Positions 12,952 through 26,340 of a stretch of DNA of 64,000 nucleotides are shown here, in pieces. The stretch's first letter is position 1, and every line of letters begins with the position of its first letter. This DNA is from Macrostomum lignano (Eukaryota), in contig NIVC01003780.1 of assembly GCA_002269645.1 (NCBI GenBank), positions 1-64,000 of the forward strand. Reading direction: 5' to 3'. Position numbers and translations under genes: made by a program. Under the pieces are notes generated by a model. It had not been told where the DNA came from. It did not search any database and saw only the letters and a program-made list of their open reading frames with translations.

Positions 12952-15900
12952 GCTCGAGTAGATTGTGACCATTGCGGCGTGGGATAAATGGGGACTAATC
13001 CCATGAACATAGTCGAAAATGGCACCGTCAATTAAGGCGCTCCTTAACAGACTAATAAATTGTATATTAGTTGCATGAAAAATCGCCCCTGAGCAGTCAA
13101 GAGAATCGCCCCTGAGCAGCCAAGAGAATCAACCCTAAACAGTCAAGAGAATCGCCCCTGAACAGTCAAGAGGATCGCCCCTGAACAGTCAAGAGGATCG
13201 CCCCTGAACAGTCAAGAGAATCAACCCTGAACAGTCAAGAGAATCAACCCTGAACAGTCAAGAAAATCAACCCTGAACAGTCAAGAGAATCGCCCCTCAA
13301 CAGTCAAGAGAATCGCCCCTCAACAGTCAAGAGAATCGCCCCTGAACAGTCAAGAGAATCGCCCCTCAACAGTCAAGAGAATCAACCCTGAACAGTCAAG
13401 AGAATCGCCCCTGAACAATCAAGAGAATCAACCCTGAACAGTCAAGAGAATCGCCCCTCAACAGTCAAGAGAATCGCCCCTCAACAGTCAAGAGAATCGC
13501 CCCTGAACAGTCAAGAGAATCGCCCCTGAACAGTCAAGAGAATCGCCCCTCAACAGTCAAGAGAATCGCCCCTTAACAGTCAAGAGAATCGCCCCTGAAC
13601 AGTCAAGAGAATCGCCCCTCAACAGTCAAGAGAATCGCCCCTCAACAGTCAAGAGAATCGCCCCTGAACAGTCAAGAGAATCGCCCCTCAACAGTCAAGA
13701 GAATCGCCCCTGAACAGTCAAGAGAATCGCCCCTGAACAGTCAAGAGAATCGCCCCTGAACAGTCAAGAGAATCGCCCCTCAACAGTCAAGAGAATCGCC
13801 CCTCAACAGTCAAGAGAATCGCCCCTGAACAGTCAAGAGAATCGCCCCTCAACAGTCAAGAGAATCGCCCCTCAACAGTCAAGAGAATCGCCCCTGAACA
13901 GTCAAGAGAATCGCCCCTGAACTTGACTGTTCAGAGAATCAACCCTGAGCAGTCAAGAGAATCGTCCCTGAACAGTCAAAGAGAATCAAGTCCTAATGCC
14001 TTGAGAATCGCGCTTTATATGCACTCGTATCACAGAATTGGACCATAGTAAAAGGTGACAACAATTGAGACTAAACCCTAGTTTTTTTCTGTTGAAGATT
14101 GGCTCACTGATTACAATTCGGTTTTGGTGAAATGCAACTGTTAGATTTCAGATTTCACACTGGTCCTTCAGAGTTCACACTGGTCCTTCAGAGTTCACGC
14201 TGGTCCTTCAGAGTTCACACTGGTCTTTCAGTGGACACGCTGTTAGTACGTCCTTTAATGGTCCCAGTAAATTTAGTTTTGTTTGAATAAGAAGAAAAAT
14301 GTCAAACCAAAAAACGTTAAGAGAATTAATTTGTTAAATATACCAAGAACTAAATTTAACAGAAAAAGTCATGTTTGTGACAAGCACTAAGCATATCCTA
14401 AAATCAAGTTGGCGGTATATTTAAAGAATTAATTAATAACTGTCAAGTATTTAACAAAAGCCGGAAGTAAAGAGAGAATAAAGATAATAGAGAACCAAGC
14501 ACTTGCATTTGCTATGATTGGAAGTTAAACAAGATAGGTCACTGGGTACAGTAGATTATAGAGAAAGTTAACGAAAGGACAATTTACACTATTTACATAC
14601 TTTATTACACCTATACGACGTAAACAGGTATATCAATAGATAAAATATTTACAATCGAAAAAATATGATTGAAATTCGATTTCTTAGAAAGCCAAATTGA
14701 ACGTTAAAATAAATAAATGTCGGTTCTCTGACAACTGGTTGACACAAATGGTGAAACTAGAAGTATGCGGCAAGACTTCTTGCAGATTGAAATAAGTATT
14801 TTCAGAAAATGTGCATCGCTTAGATAGCCATTCTATTGTATTGAAAGGACCTCATCATAGTTTTGGGGTCCATTCCCTCTTTGTCACTTCAGTAGCTTTG
14901 TGGTCCATTCCCTCTCTTGGCTTTGGGGTCCATTCCCTCTCTTGGCTTTGGGGTCTATTCCCTCTCTTGGCTTTGGGGTCCATTCCCTCTCTTGGCTTTG
15001 GGGTCCATTCCCTCTCTTGGCTTTGGGGTCCATTCCCTCTCTTGGCTTTGGGGTCCATTCCCTCTCTTGGCTTTGGGGTCCATTCCCTCTCTTGGCTTTG
15101 GGGTCCATTCCCTCTCTTGGCTTTGGGGTCCATTCCCTCTCTTGGCTTTGGGGTCCATTTCCCTTCTTGTCACTTCAGTAGCTTTGGGTTCCATGCATTT
15201 CCTCTCTTGTCACTCCAATAGCTTTGGGGTCCATGCATTTCCTCTCTTGTCACTCCAATAGCTTTGGGGTCCATGCATTTCCTCTCTTGTCACTCCAATA
15301 GCTTTGGGGTCCATGCATTAGTGGTTTATGCAAATATGGACTAAACTAAACGAACAGGTGATTTAAACCAATCAGAGCCAAAACACGCACAGAAATTGCC
15401 GATAATAAAAGCAAAAAATATGACATCTCAATTATTAAAATATGAATATATATATGAAGCATGAGCTACTTTGCATTTAGCATGAAAAATAAACTAGATG
15501 TTTTAGCATCAAGGTTAAACCTGTTTGGAAAACAGCTGCAAAGCACCCGGGTAAAGATAAAAACCTGCGCAAGATTTACTATTGCGCTTTTGTCTAGTTA
15601 TACAAAAATAACTGAAACACGAATATAACAGAAGACTTTATAGTTATTGCACATTGGTTGAAACTCGCGCTAATGCAGTCTCAATGTAGACTACTAACAA
15701 ATAGAAATACTAATAGCAAAATAAATTTTCCAACCGCATAAATGAAATGCTAACGAAGTAAGGGAAACTAACAGTTTTGTTAAGTTTCTCTAACTTATTA
15801 AAATATAGAGAAATACACACTCCTGATTTATACTACTAACAGTAAACTAATAGAATATGAAACGTCTTTTATTACATAGCACTTAGTAGTAGCAATAGCA

Positions 15901-17517
15901 TAAAATATAGGATTTTTACGTGGATTAAACTGGTTATATTACAGATTGAATAAAATGAAAGCAAAAAATAAGCAGCATGATACAATAATGGCATAGAAAA
16001 AATGCTTGCTTGTCGATACAGGCTAACTAACCAATGGGCCAATTAAGTACAACAGTCAACAGTGCATAGTTTACCTAAACTGCGTACATGCGAATAAGAT
16101 TGTCTAAATAGGCATGCATTTATTAGCATAGCTGTTTGGCAAAACACATTAAAAATGCTATTAACTTCATCTGTTTCAGATGGGGAACAGAAACAGGCTG
16201 ACAGAAAGAAACTAACACGTTCGGACAGACCCCAAAAGACTGAGATACAGAACCCAATACAGACAGACACCAGCTAGCAAACAGACCAACAGACAACAGC
16301 ACAGACCAACAGACTAACAGCACAGACCAACAGACAACAGCACAGACCAACAGAAAAGATCAACAGACTAACAGCGCAGACCAACAGACTAACAGCACAG
16401 ACCAACAGACAACAGCACAGACTAACAGAACAGACCAACAGACAACAGCACAGACTAACAGAACAGACCAACAGACAACAGCACAGACTAACAGAACAGA
16501 CCAACAGACAACAGCACAGACTAACAGAACAGACCAACAGACAACAGCACAGACTAACAGAACAGACCAACAGACAACAGCACAGACTAACAGAACAGAC
16601 CAACAGACAACAGCACAGACTAACAGAACAGACCAACAGACAACAGCACAGACTAACAGAACAGACCAACAGACAACAGCACAGACCAAGAGACTAACAG
16701 CACAGACCAACAGACTAACAGCACAGACCAACAGACTAACAGCACAGACCAACAGACTAACAGCACAGACCAACAGACTAACAGCAAAGACCAACAGACT
16801 AACAGCACAGACCAACAGACTAACAGCGCAGACCAACAGACTAACAGCACAGACCAACAGACAACAGCACAGACCAACAGACTAACAGCGCAGACCAACA
16901 GACTAACAGCGCAGACCAACAGACTAACAGCGCAGACCAACAGACAACAGCACAGATTAACACAGACAGACAGATCAGATACAAAATAGAAGTCTTTCAT
17001 CACTTATTATCAGTGCAAAGTGCCGCAGAGGTTTATCAACTAGCTTTAAAAAAATTCTACAGCAAATCACAAGTCCCGTTCTATAAGTTCCAAATCTAAC
17101 AGTTCGGAAGCTTCCGCAATAAAATCGCTACAAACGTCGGATTCATAAGCTTCCTCATCGCCCTCGTCTGCATCGCAGCAGCCCAGCTGGTTGGCGTTGC
17201 TATTATCGAGAATGCTGTCGCTGTCTTTAGTAACGGCAACCGGAGTTTCAACAGCGTTAGCCACATCGGGCAGTCCAACTAAGAAGCTGCGAGATTTGCT
17301 GCACAGAACAACCCGACGCTTCCTATTCGACTCGGACGACTGTCGAACAGACGACTCAGACGATGACTGATTCTCGTCAGAATAGTCGGACTGCTTCAAA
17401 CGGAGCAAAGATTCCAAATCGTTGGCCAGAGCGCCAGGTCGAACGGGCACTGGTCGCAATAAATCAGTGTGCAATGACAACGATTGGCAGAGCCGTTTAG
17501 GCGGCAACGGCGGCGGA
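12649..17517 (+). repeat. Tandem segmental duplication, copy 2 (internal deletion of about 1.67 kb)
   Basis: The junction at 12649-12650 is a GA microhomology. The equivalent of 7605-9279 is missing and is replaced by about 3 nt (GAT, 14144-14146). Confidence 0.93.
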
Positions 17518-17678
17518 CTGCTAGACTGAGGCGGCTGCTCTATAACTGCCGATATGTAGCCGGCAGTTTTGCCTCTTTGCTGGCGATTACTGCTAGCACC
17601 ACTGCGATCAACAGTAGATGAAATAGTGGGGAGTCCAATAGACTTTCTGGGCTGGCTTAGCATTGGCAGATTTGACAT
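17067..17678 (-). CDS. Unknown Ser/Pro-rich protein with acidic C-terminus, 203 aa (single or last coding exon)
   Basis: GC-richer, non-repetitive 203-codon ORF. TTCCAG lies just upstream of the ATG and could be an acceptor. No domain recognised. Confidence 0.6.
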   Translation of the reverse strand: MSNLPMLSQPRKSIGLPTISSTVDRSGASSNRQQRGKTAGYISAVIEQPPQSSSPPPLPPKRLCQSLSLHTDLLRPVPVRPGALANDLESLLRLKQSDYSDENQSSSESSVRQSSESNRKRRVVLCSKSRSFLVGLPDVANAVETPVAVTKDSDSILDNSNANQLGCCDADEGDEEAYESDVCSDFIAEASELLDLELIERDL

Positions 17679-18515
17679 ACTTGTCTGGAATTCGAGTGGT
17701 AATCAGAGTTTGTGTGTCTGCTAGGTTTTTTATTTGTCCTACCATAGTGATGACTATGGCTATGGAAGGGGGCTGTAGCCCCATAGCCTAGTGGTCTAGG
17801 GTAGCGGCCCAGGCCCGATTCCAAATTGGGCTAAATTGGAATCTTGCCTTGGCTTTGCTTGTGCAATTAACAACATTGAAAGCAATATTGCTAATGACAA
17901 TATTGCTTTCAAATTAATACAAATTTAATAGTTTTTGTTATAATATACAAAACATTTTAAGTTGTAAAAAATTCTTTAAAATGTGACCTCCTAGTATACA
18001 TAGGCGCAGAGCAACGCAGAGGAAACCAACTTGTTTGCTTACTTACAAATTTAAATACTGCCTATTACTGCATTTTCTATGAAACATTCAAATAAAAGTT
18101 TAACCAATAATTTGCAAATGGAAAATATATATTTTTGTTTTTTTTTAAGTTTTAGCAGACAGCATAAGCAGAATTTTTTGATTATGATAGGAATAATCTG
18201 GTGCAAGCACTTTTTTGATAGGATTTGTTCTTACACATAGTGCAATCAAACTTTTTGATAGGATTTGTTTTGGTATATAGCACAATAAAACTTTTTGATA
18301 GAATTTGTTCCAAAGCAGGCGTGCCATGCCATGATCCTGACTCCATACCATGTCCGGATCATGCTAAGGGCACACCCAAACAAAAATTGAATAATTACAA
18401 ATGCATACAGAAAAAAATTTTGTGTATGCCATTAGTAAAAAATATGGTGGTGTTGTGACAATAAATGACCTTTTTATGTTCTGACAATAAATGATCTTCA
18501 ATTGTGTAATCGACC

Positions 18516-18781
18516 TATACATGCGCAACCCCCCTGATTTATACTGGCCATGCGACTTACTTTTTGACCAAAAATGCAACTTACTTGTAAAAGAAACCTT
18601 AATGCAATTTTGAATAAACAGCAGGAGTAACTATGATTGTCTTATAAGGGCTAAATGCCTTGTCATCTAATTAGTACTATGTCTGCATTCTTTGGGCTGG
18701 GCATTTTTGCGACTTACCCCTGGTCCACCACAATTTACAGTGGCCAGATTGGCCAGGTTGGCTAGCAGTTGCGCATGTATG
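18516..18781. mobile_element. hAT-like MITE, 266 bp
   Basis: TIR (T/C)ATACATGCGCAAC. Degenerate 8-bp TSD AATCGACC/ATTAGACC. A local paralogous sequence at about 19245-19270 shows the empty site (AATAGACC). Confidence 0.7.
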
Positions 18782-21700
18782 ATTAGACCCCTACTAACAG
18801 ATAATTTAGTTGATTTTTATGCTTTTTGGCATTATTATTCATAGCAAATAATTAATTAAATGCAAAGATTTATGAAAATACTTATTTATGAGCTTGAAAA
18901 AACTGGAAAGTTTGAAATTTATGCTTGAAATTTAACTTTTTCAGTTTTCTTTTACTTCCCAATAACTTTTATGCATGATTCTATAAATTGCACGCCAGGT
19001 GTGCATGCATACTTTTTTCCTAGGAATGATGCATGCCAATTGTGCATACCCAAATTTTTGGGCATATACTGATCTAGAGTATGGACTCCATAGTCTGGAT
19101 CATGCTGGGTACACGCCTGAACAAAATAAGAATAATTACAAATGCATGCCAAAAAAAATTTAGTACATGCCCATTCCCAAAAATACATTGGTGTTGCAAC
19201 AATAAATTACCTTTTTTACATTGTGACAATGAATGACCCTTTTTCAATTGCCTAATAGACCCTTATTAGCAGATAATTTTGTTGATTTTTATACGTTTTT
19301 TGCCAATATACTTTTTATAGCAGAAATTTGATACACATAAAGATTTGTTTAAATGCTTTTTGCAAGCTAAAAAACTGGAAAGTTTTTGCTAAAAAATACC
19401 TTTTTTCATTTTTTCTACTTCACAATAACTCTAAGGCGTGATTCTATCAAGTGCATGCCAAGTATGCATGCATAGGCCTACTATTTTTTCAAAAGTGATA
19501 TATGCCAACTGTGCATGCCTAATTTTGGCATGCAAGGCCAATGCATGCCCAAAATTTTGGGCATATACTACATGATCCAGAATGTGGTCCTGACTATGGA
19601 TCCCTGTCACCTTCCCAGTTTTTCCTATGGGCATGGCCTTGGGCTAGGCTAGGGCTAGGCCTAGGTCTATTGGTATTCAGGCCTAGACCATGAGAATTAG
19701 GCCCTAGGCCTAGGCTAGACTCTATGCCTAAAAAACAAGCCTAGGGAACTTGTAATTTACGATTTATAAGCCTGGCCCTGCGTAGATGTAGATCTAAAAC
19801 CAGCTCAGTTAAGCCACTAGGCCCCTATAGTTTAACAAAAAAATGGGTATCCATCAAAAAGCTTGAAGTTTTTAATAACATTTCTATCCTTAGATAGACT
19901 AGCTAGTTAGAGTAATCGAGTATAGTTAGACTAGGCATAGAACAAAATAAAAAAGTAGAATGCTGTAAGCTGTTTAGGTTATGCCCATGGCTTTAGTTTG
20001 GTTTCTAATTCTTAGGCCTAACTCTTCGAATGCCAAAATCAACGCCAACGAATATTCATCAATAAAATTATATAGACTTAGTTTTTATATAGATAGTAGG
20101 CCTACTAGCCCTAGGCCTCCAGCCTAAAGTAAAGTGAAAACATTATTAATGTTCTTTCAATATTCAATATTATATTACGGTGTATTTTAATATTTGAAAC
20201 GATCGCCTTCACTTTACAAGAAACAATCGTTTACAGTCGTGCTCGCGGTGTGCTCGCACACAAAATGCCTTAAGCTTTAACAACGTAGTCTACTAGTCTG
20301 TAAACGGTCAAAATTGGTTAATTGAGGTTTCGTAACGGGAAGTTCTCTCCCACGAGAGTTAGACCACGCGAGATTTCTTCTAGCTTAGTTCACTTCGTCG
20401 AACTTTTCCCACGGTTACAGAGATTTTGCGACCGAGTTTTCACCACCAATCTTTCTACCGATCGAGAGTTCCTCGCGGCCGGATTATATTTTTGTTCTTA
20501 TTGCCCAGCCTTTTTCGACTCAGTTCAATTCTTAGTTGCTGATTTTTCATCGAAATCGAAGGTGATTCGGAAAGCGCGCCAGCTGCTGGGAGAATTACAT
20601 ACCTATTTTGTTCCAGTTACAAGTATCGGACATTGCATGATTTCTAGCACAAAACAAATAAATATTTGGCAAAAGAGTGCGGTTTTCTGGGGAATGATTT
20701 TTGGGGTCCCGGTGGCTGGTTTTAACATAGAAATGAGATGACATACTTGCTAAAGGATTTTGATAATTGTAATATGCCAATTTAATTCAGCATAATTTTA
20801 TATTTCTTTGTGAAGATCTAAACCTACCTCATGGCAATTCATTGGCCGGTTCTAGCGAACCAAAAATAGCTTAGCTCTTCACCGGTATAATGACGTAAAC
20901 CTGTGTCTATAATATGTCTAATAAAAAAGCCAGCAGGCCTTGTATAATGCATGACGTGTACTGCATTTATATAATAAAGAACTAAAAAAATGAGTAACTT
21001 CTAAATTTACCTGTCGTATACAATATTTTTATCTCTCACCATTACTCTCGACGCCCATTACAAACAGAAAAAAGTAATTAAAATAAAACCATCAATTACA
21101 CCGAAGCTGCATATATGTGTACATGTATAATATTAATTCAGGTACGATTTTAATGTTATAAAAATTAATAACAATAATTGCTTACTTCATACCTGCCCTA
21201 CTACGTGCAATGGGGCCAATGTGCAACCGACAGCTCAGCCGCAGCTATTGCGCGGCGCATCTCTGAAGGCAGCTGCGTAGGGCTGTTCAGTCAGTAGACT
21301 GCTATAGGGGGGGAGGGGTCGCCACATCACACCCTCGCAATTATTGGCACATAAAGCAATGCAGAGCTAGTGTGCCTTCCCGTAACACAATTAGACGTCC
21401 CCGTGAGGATGCAAATACGTCTCTTGGGGACGTATAATTCTAAGCCGCAAAAGTAGATAAAAGAAAGCCAGAGACACGCATAGTTCTTAAAAATCACTGG
21501 AAAATGGGAAAATATGGCTTGTTTTGTAGTAAAACATCAAGGCTAAGAATTTTTTATGAGTAATGTATGCATTATATACGTATCGTTTCGTATTTTTGGG
21601 ACGAAAGAAACGAGAGGGAGAAAGTTTTTTTAATATGAATAATTTTAAATCAATATCATTTTTACTTATACCCAACTAGCTGTTCATTGTAATAAGCAAA

Positions 21701-22601
21701 TTCACCATAATAATATATAATACATTCAGCTAGAATTGTTTTAACTAGTAAATTTAAACTCACAAATATAATGTGACAGCGCGCGCACTATGCACACTCA
21801 TTCATTGTTCAGCGCTGATGCGTCTAGACTTAGTGGACCACATCAATTTCAAATTATTGCTACGCATCCTGTATAATATGAGATTTTAGTGTGTGCAGTA
21901 AACATATGTTTTCCTCACTAATGTTCGTAAGCACTAATAATTGAGTACGTTTATAAATAAATATAATTCTATAGACATGACAAAAATTGGGAGCCCAATC
22001 AAGTATATACCAAATAATCAGGCGCTGTAAATTTTTGTATGTCTTTTTGCAATAAACTACCATGGATTTGTAATCTGATTATTTATGATGCGTGTAGTGA
22101 TATATTAGTGCCATATTTATTTTGCTTAATATTTGTTTGGTACTTAATTGCTTTATCTAGAGTACCATAGCTTATGTGTATCTCATGCCTGATATGATTT
22201 AGTAGTTAATCAACATTTCATGTGTAATTGAATAGTGCTCAAAATCATGGAATATCTCGATTTTTATTGAGTAATTTGCCAAATTTACACAAGAGTTAAA
22301 CCCACTGTGATGGCTCATTAGAATTAGTTTTTACTTTTTCCTCATTTGAGCTTTAAAAGTTGCATGCATGCAACCATTTGTTAGTATCTAAATATGTTGA
22401 TAAGTTAAGAATTGCTCCAGAAATTTCATTAGTTGTGGGGTTTTTGCTTATAAATCTTATTAATGTTAGTTTTATAATTGGAATGTAGCATAATTATGAC
22501 AATGGCTAAGAAATAAACAGTGATTTTATGCTACTAGTTTTCAAATATTATTGTTATTAGATTATTAAATTATAAGATTGCTACAGATGACGGGTCTATG
22601 A

Positions 22602-22737
22602 CATTTTACTGCCTCAATTTGACTGCCACAAATTGACTGCCATCCTTTTGACTGTTGACAATTTGACTGCTGGTCATTTGACTGCTGCCATTTTGACTCC
22701 CAGCAACATTTGACTGCTAGTGACATTTGACTGCCAC
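22602..22737. repeat. Irregular TTTGACTGC repeat cluster
   Basis: About 8 copies of (T)TTGACTG(C) at roughly 14-20 bp spacing, inside the family 1 element. Confidence 0.8.
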
Positions 22738-22997
22738 TCACACTTTGAATATGAATCTAAGCAATTTCCTTAGCTGCCATAGTTGTATGCTTCATTGCTT
22801 TGCATTCAACTTTTGTTATCAATATTGACTTTTCAAAAACTGAGCATCCATGCCTCGTACCTGATTACATACAATAGTTTGCTTGTGCTTATTATGGTTT
22901 ACAAAATTTCTGATTAAATGGTACGCAGGCTCAATGTTTACACTACATTTGCATTGCAGTTGATCACTCAAATTATTTGTTGTAACCCCTTTTGCAG

Positions 22998-23566
22998 AGG
23001 AAGTATTGCGCTGGTCGGGCAGAAAATGCCGTTAAAATATCAGATGCCGTGTCGGCAATGCTGGTTTGGACGGCAAAGCCGTCCGTTTTGTGCAACTACA
23101 ATATGGAAGGCCGAAGAGGCGACAAGCAAAAGTTGCCTGCACCAGTGGCCGACTGCGTAGTTGGTGAGTCTCTTGGTTTGCACTGCTCTTTTAAAATAAA
23201 CGCGTGGGACTCATGCAAACTCTTAAACGCATTTTTTCAGGAGTCGTGCTGGACTCAAAATCCCTCCGCCGCCAGTTGGGATGCGTCAGTGCCAGATCCT
23301 TTGTCGGCAGCGTCTTAAAGCGAATGAAACGGAAGTCCCAATCTGGTGCCGAATGCCTTGGTGTCGACAATGCAAACGAGCACACGGACAGTCGCGAAGA
23401 GACGGCCGAAACAGTCGAGCCGAGTGGAGAGACTGACGAGGAGATAGACGAGGAGATGGACGAGGAGATCGACGAAGAGATGGACGAGGAGATCGACGAA
23501 GAGATCGACGAGGAGATCGACGAGGTCAACGAAGAGATGAACGAGGCAGATGTAGAGAGCGACTGA
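22998..23566 (+). CDS. DUF4806/BEN-like protein with Asp/Glu tail; last two exons join(22998..23163,23241..23566); 5' exons not identified
   Basis: TTTGCAG|AGG...GTT G|GTGAG, a 77-nt intron, then TTTTCAG|GA, with matching phase 1. The motif AVSAMLVWTAKPSVLCNYNMEGRRGDKQKL resembles DUF4806. The tail consists of DEEI/DEEM repeats. Confidence 0.55.
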
Positions 23567-24609
23567 CTCGACTGCAACCGACCCCACCCCACCCCGACTC
23601 TGCAGCTCCACCCACTCTGTCCCATTCTCACTCGTGCGCACGCGTCGCGACGAACTGTCTCTCTCATTCTCACTGTCTCTCATTTCCCACTGTCTCTCGC
23701 ACTCCCACTTTGTCCCTCTATCTCTCTCATTCTCCCCTTTAACTCTCTCCCTCTCTTTCTCTAACTTTCTCACTCTCACTCTCGGTGTGAGGTGTAGAAT
23801 TTGTTGCTAAACGACTTTTTCAACCACGCAAACTGATGCCTCATTTTTTCTGCCATTTTTTCTCTATGTTGATAAAGATTGATGCTTAAAACTGAGTGAA
23901 ATTTGCTGATTTTAATGAGCATTTTCATACCCCAATGGCAGTTGTTATTTTGACATGAGGCATCAGTTTGTGTGATTGCAAAATTTGTTTAGCAAGAAAT
24001 TCTACACCTCACACATCACAAATCTCAGCATCACTGCCATAGCAACCAACTTTAATCCATCAAATTTGTGTTACAATCTCTTGTTGAAGTTTTCTGTTCA
24101 GGGAAATTTGTTAAAAGTTGTTCTGACATTTTGTTATAAAGTTTTTTTCTACGTCACCCTCACGTAGATATAAGTATTTACATTACTTTTTAAAATCAAT
24201 TTTAAACACGTACAAACTACAGTAATGTGAATCACTAAGTACACATATGAGAACCTTAGAACCGCATCTCGTATGCGTGGAAATCATACAGTTTTGTATG
24301 TGTTTGTGTGAAGTACTCGAGGTCTGCAGCTCTATTAAATTCAGTTTTTTGTTTGGCGTGAAATTTTGCCGCAGAGTCAGTCCGTGCAGAAGTGCAACAA
24401 GGATGGCAAATGCATGCGGTCGAGTTATTATGAAGGTCTCATAGGAGTCGCCTGGGGACGGCCATGGCACGTCTCGAAATTTCGTATCGGACACGTATCT
24501 GCAACTATCAAAAGTACTGTCCCTGAGACGAAACTTCTGGACCTCGGGGGGACGTCTCCGATACGTATCGATACGAAAAATTGCGTTACGGGCTTGCTCA
24601 ATGACCCAA

Positions 24610-24690
24610 TTTTTTTCGAGTGAGTCGAGCATCGAACCCCGACCTTTGAGTAGTGAATCCGACACTCATCAAGGACCACTGTAGTACCTC
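24610..24690 (-). mobile_element. tRNA-derived SINE head or tRNA pseudogene
   Basis: The minus strand reads ...CAGTGGT...GTCGGATTCACTACTCAAAGGTCGGGGTTCGATGCTCG followed by A7. It has A-box-like and B-box-like motifs at tRNA spacing but no convincing acceptor stem. Confidence 0.45.
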
Positions 24691-24756
24691 GTATAACAGC
24701 AGGAAATAAAACTAATTTATAAATTATAAAAATAAACTAAATTGCTAAATTAAAGA

Positions 24757-25608
24757 AATAATAATAATCTCTATAACCACTCTAACCACCAGGCTACAAC
24801 CCCCTAATACGAGCTAATAAAACAAAAACAATATAAAAAGTATTCATAGCAAATTTATTTTATAGCAGCTGCACCTTAGTGATGGGTTTCAACCTTCCGG
24901 CCCCCTTGTGGGGAAGCCTTCGGGCCTCAGGTCTCAGAAATAAATCAATTAGAGACCTGGCCCCCTGCAGTTCTGTCAGATGGTCAGCCCCATGGTAGCT
25001 TGATCGTGTGGCGAGCAGTCTAGGTCCTATAGATAAGAGAGGGACAGCGAGAGACGAGCAGGGAGAATTTGAAGGTAGAAATTAGTTAATCCGCAGATTA
25101 GCTAACTCGCTGCCACCAGCCCGTACGTCCTGGCTCACCACACCGGAACTCTCGAAATCGGGCTTCCGACTAGAAGGGGCTTTGCACTTACCTGCCAACT
25201 AGTGTCTTTTTGCTGTCAATCTCGAAGTCATAGCCGATGATAAGGGACACTGCTGGGACTAGATCGCATTGGCCATGCAGGTACAGAGGGGACTTTTGCA
25301 GGGGATTCTTGCAGTGGCGAGTCTATGGGGTAGCTACATGTAGCTCGTACTATTACATTGCTAAATACGAAGATATGTACTTTTGGCCTTCAACGCGCCA
25401 ACTAGCCTCTCCTAGCGCTGATGATAGGCTAACTCGAACTTCAGAGACCTCGCATGATTCATTACCCGAGCCGCTTGGCTACCCTAGGGTGCACAAAGTA
25501 CATCTCTGGCGCCGATTCTGCACTTCTGGCAGTTTTGCTCACTGATTTGATAGATTGGTCGACTGAGAACTGCCTTGCCATTGGTCCACTGTGACCGGCG
25601 CCTACTAG
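24757..25608 (-). mobile_element. Possible decayed 3' end of a non-LTR retrotransposon; continues at 34585-34677 and about 40168-40300
   Basis: GC-richer, stop-riddled sequence ending in an (ATT)4 tail at 24757-24768. Removing the two CACTA inserts joins ...ESILDIMSGH...FQILSDSHLVG... in one frame, and weak RNase H-like words (ILSDS, GNE) are present. Weak call. Confidence 0.3.
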
Positions 25609-26340
25609 CCCAGTGGCAAAGCCGCGCTCGGCCCGAGCTCGGCCCGCCGAGATCGGGCCGAGCTCGGCGGGTTGACGGCGGTTCTAGCTCGGGTCGACGA
25701 CCTCGGGCCGAGGTCGGCTGACCGCGGTAATGCCGAGTAGCTTTGCACTATACTTTGTATTCAGCTTTTATAAAGCTTATATTGCTTCTTACAGATTGAC
25801 TACATGTAGTGCCACTTTCACTTTCTATCACTTGTTGTTCTGTACAATTCGGTATTACATGAAAAAGAAAAGGTGAATGGGAAAACGACATGACACGAAT
25901 CGATTTAAAAGTCCCAAGTCATTCCTAGCATATGTTAGTGTATTGCAGTGGTAATGTATATGAGCCTAGTTTAACTATTTTAATTGATTTCCCCTCGGAA
26001 TTAGATACGTAAGATATATTAGATATCCACCAGACTCAGTTCCTCGATCTATAGCTCTGCACAAATATACACAACCAACAACCAACCATGTCCAGGATTA
26101 AATGATTGTGAAATAAGAACGATTTAGAAGAACTTAAAATAATTTAATTAAAAGAAAACCGCAACAGTAAATCCACCACAAGCACACTAGTGTATTATCA
26201 AATGCTATTAATGATACAAGATTAACTTTTCAACCAATAAGCAAGAAAAGAAACAGAAAAAGTTGCTAAACAGTTGAAAACAGAGGTTGGGTTAAGGGTT
26301 GCGATACGGATTTGGTTGAGCATTATTTAACATTATAAAC

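Larger units (their letters stand above)
21379..24592 (+). mobile_element. CACTA/EnSpm-type element, family 1 (non-autonomous, carries a DUF4806-like gene)
   Basis: TIR CCCGTAAC(A/G)CAATT (14 bp, 1 mismatch). GACGTCCCC/GGGGACGT and CGTATCG subterminal palindromic motifs occur at both ends. The 2-bp flanks are TT and CT (one mismatch). Confidence 0.7.

Noticed and set aside
20322-20780. 139-aa ORF and opposite-strand ORF as upstream exons of the 17067-17678 gene
   Set aside because: No recognisable motif, and no phase-compatible splice path could be established.
24870-24940. Hairpin-rich stretch with GAAAC as a possible hammerhead ribozyme
   Set aside because: There is no CUGANGA core in the correct register on either strand; only a covariance-model search could rescue it.
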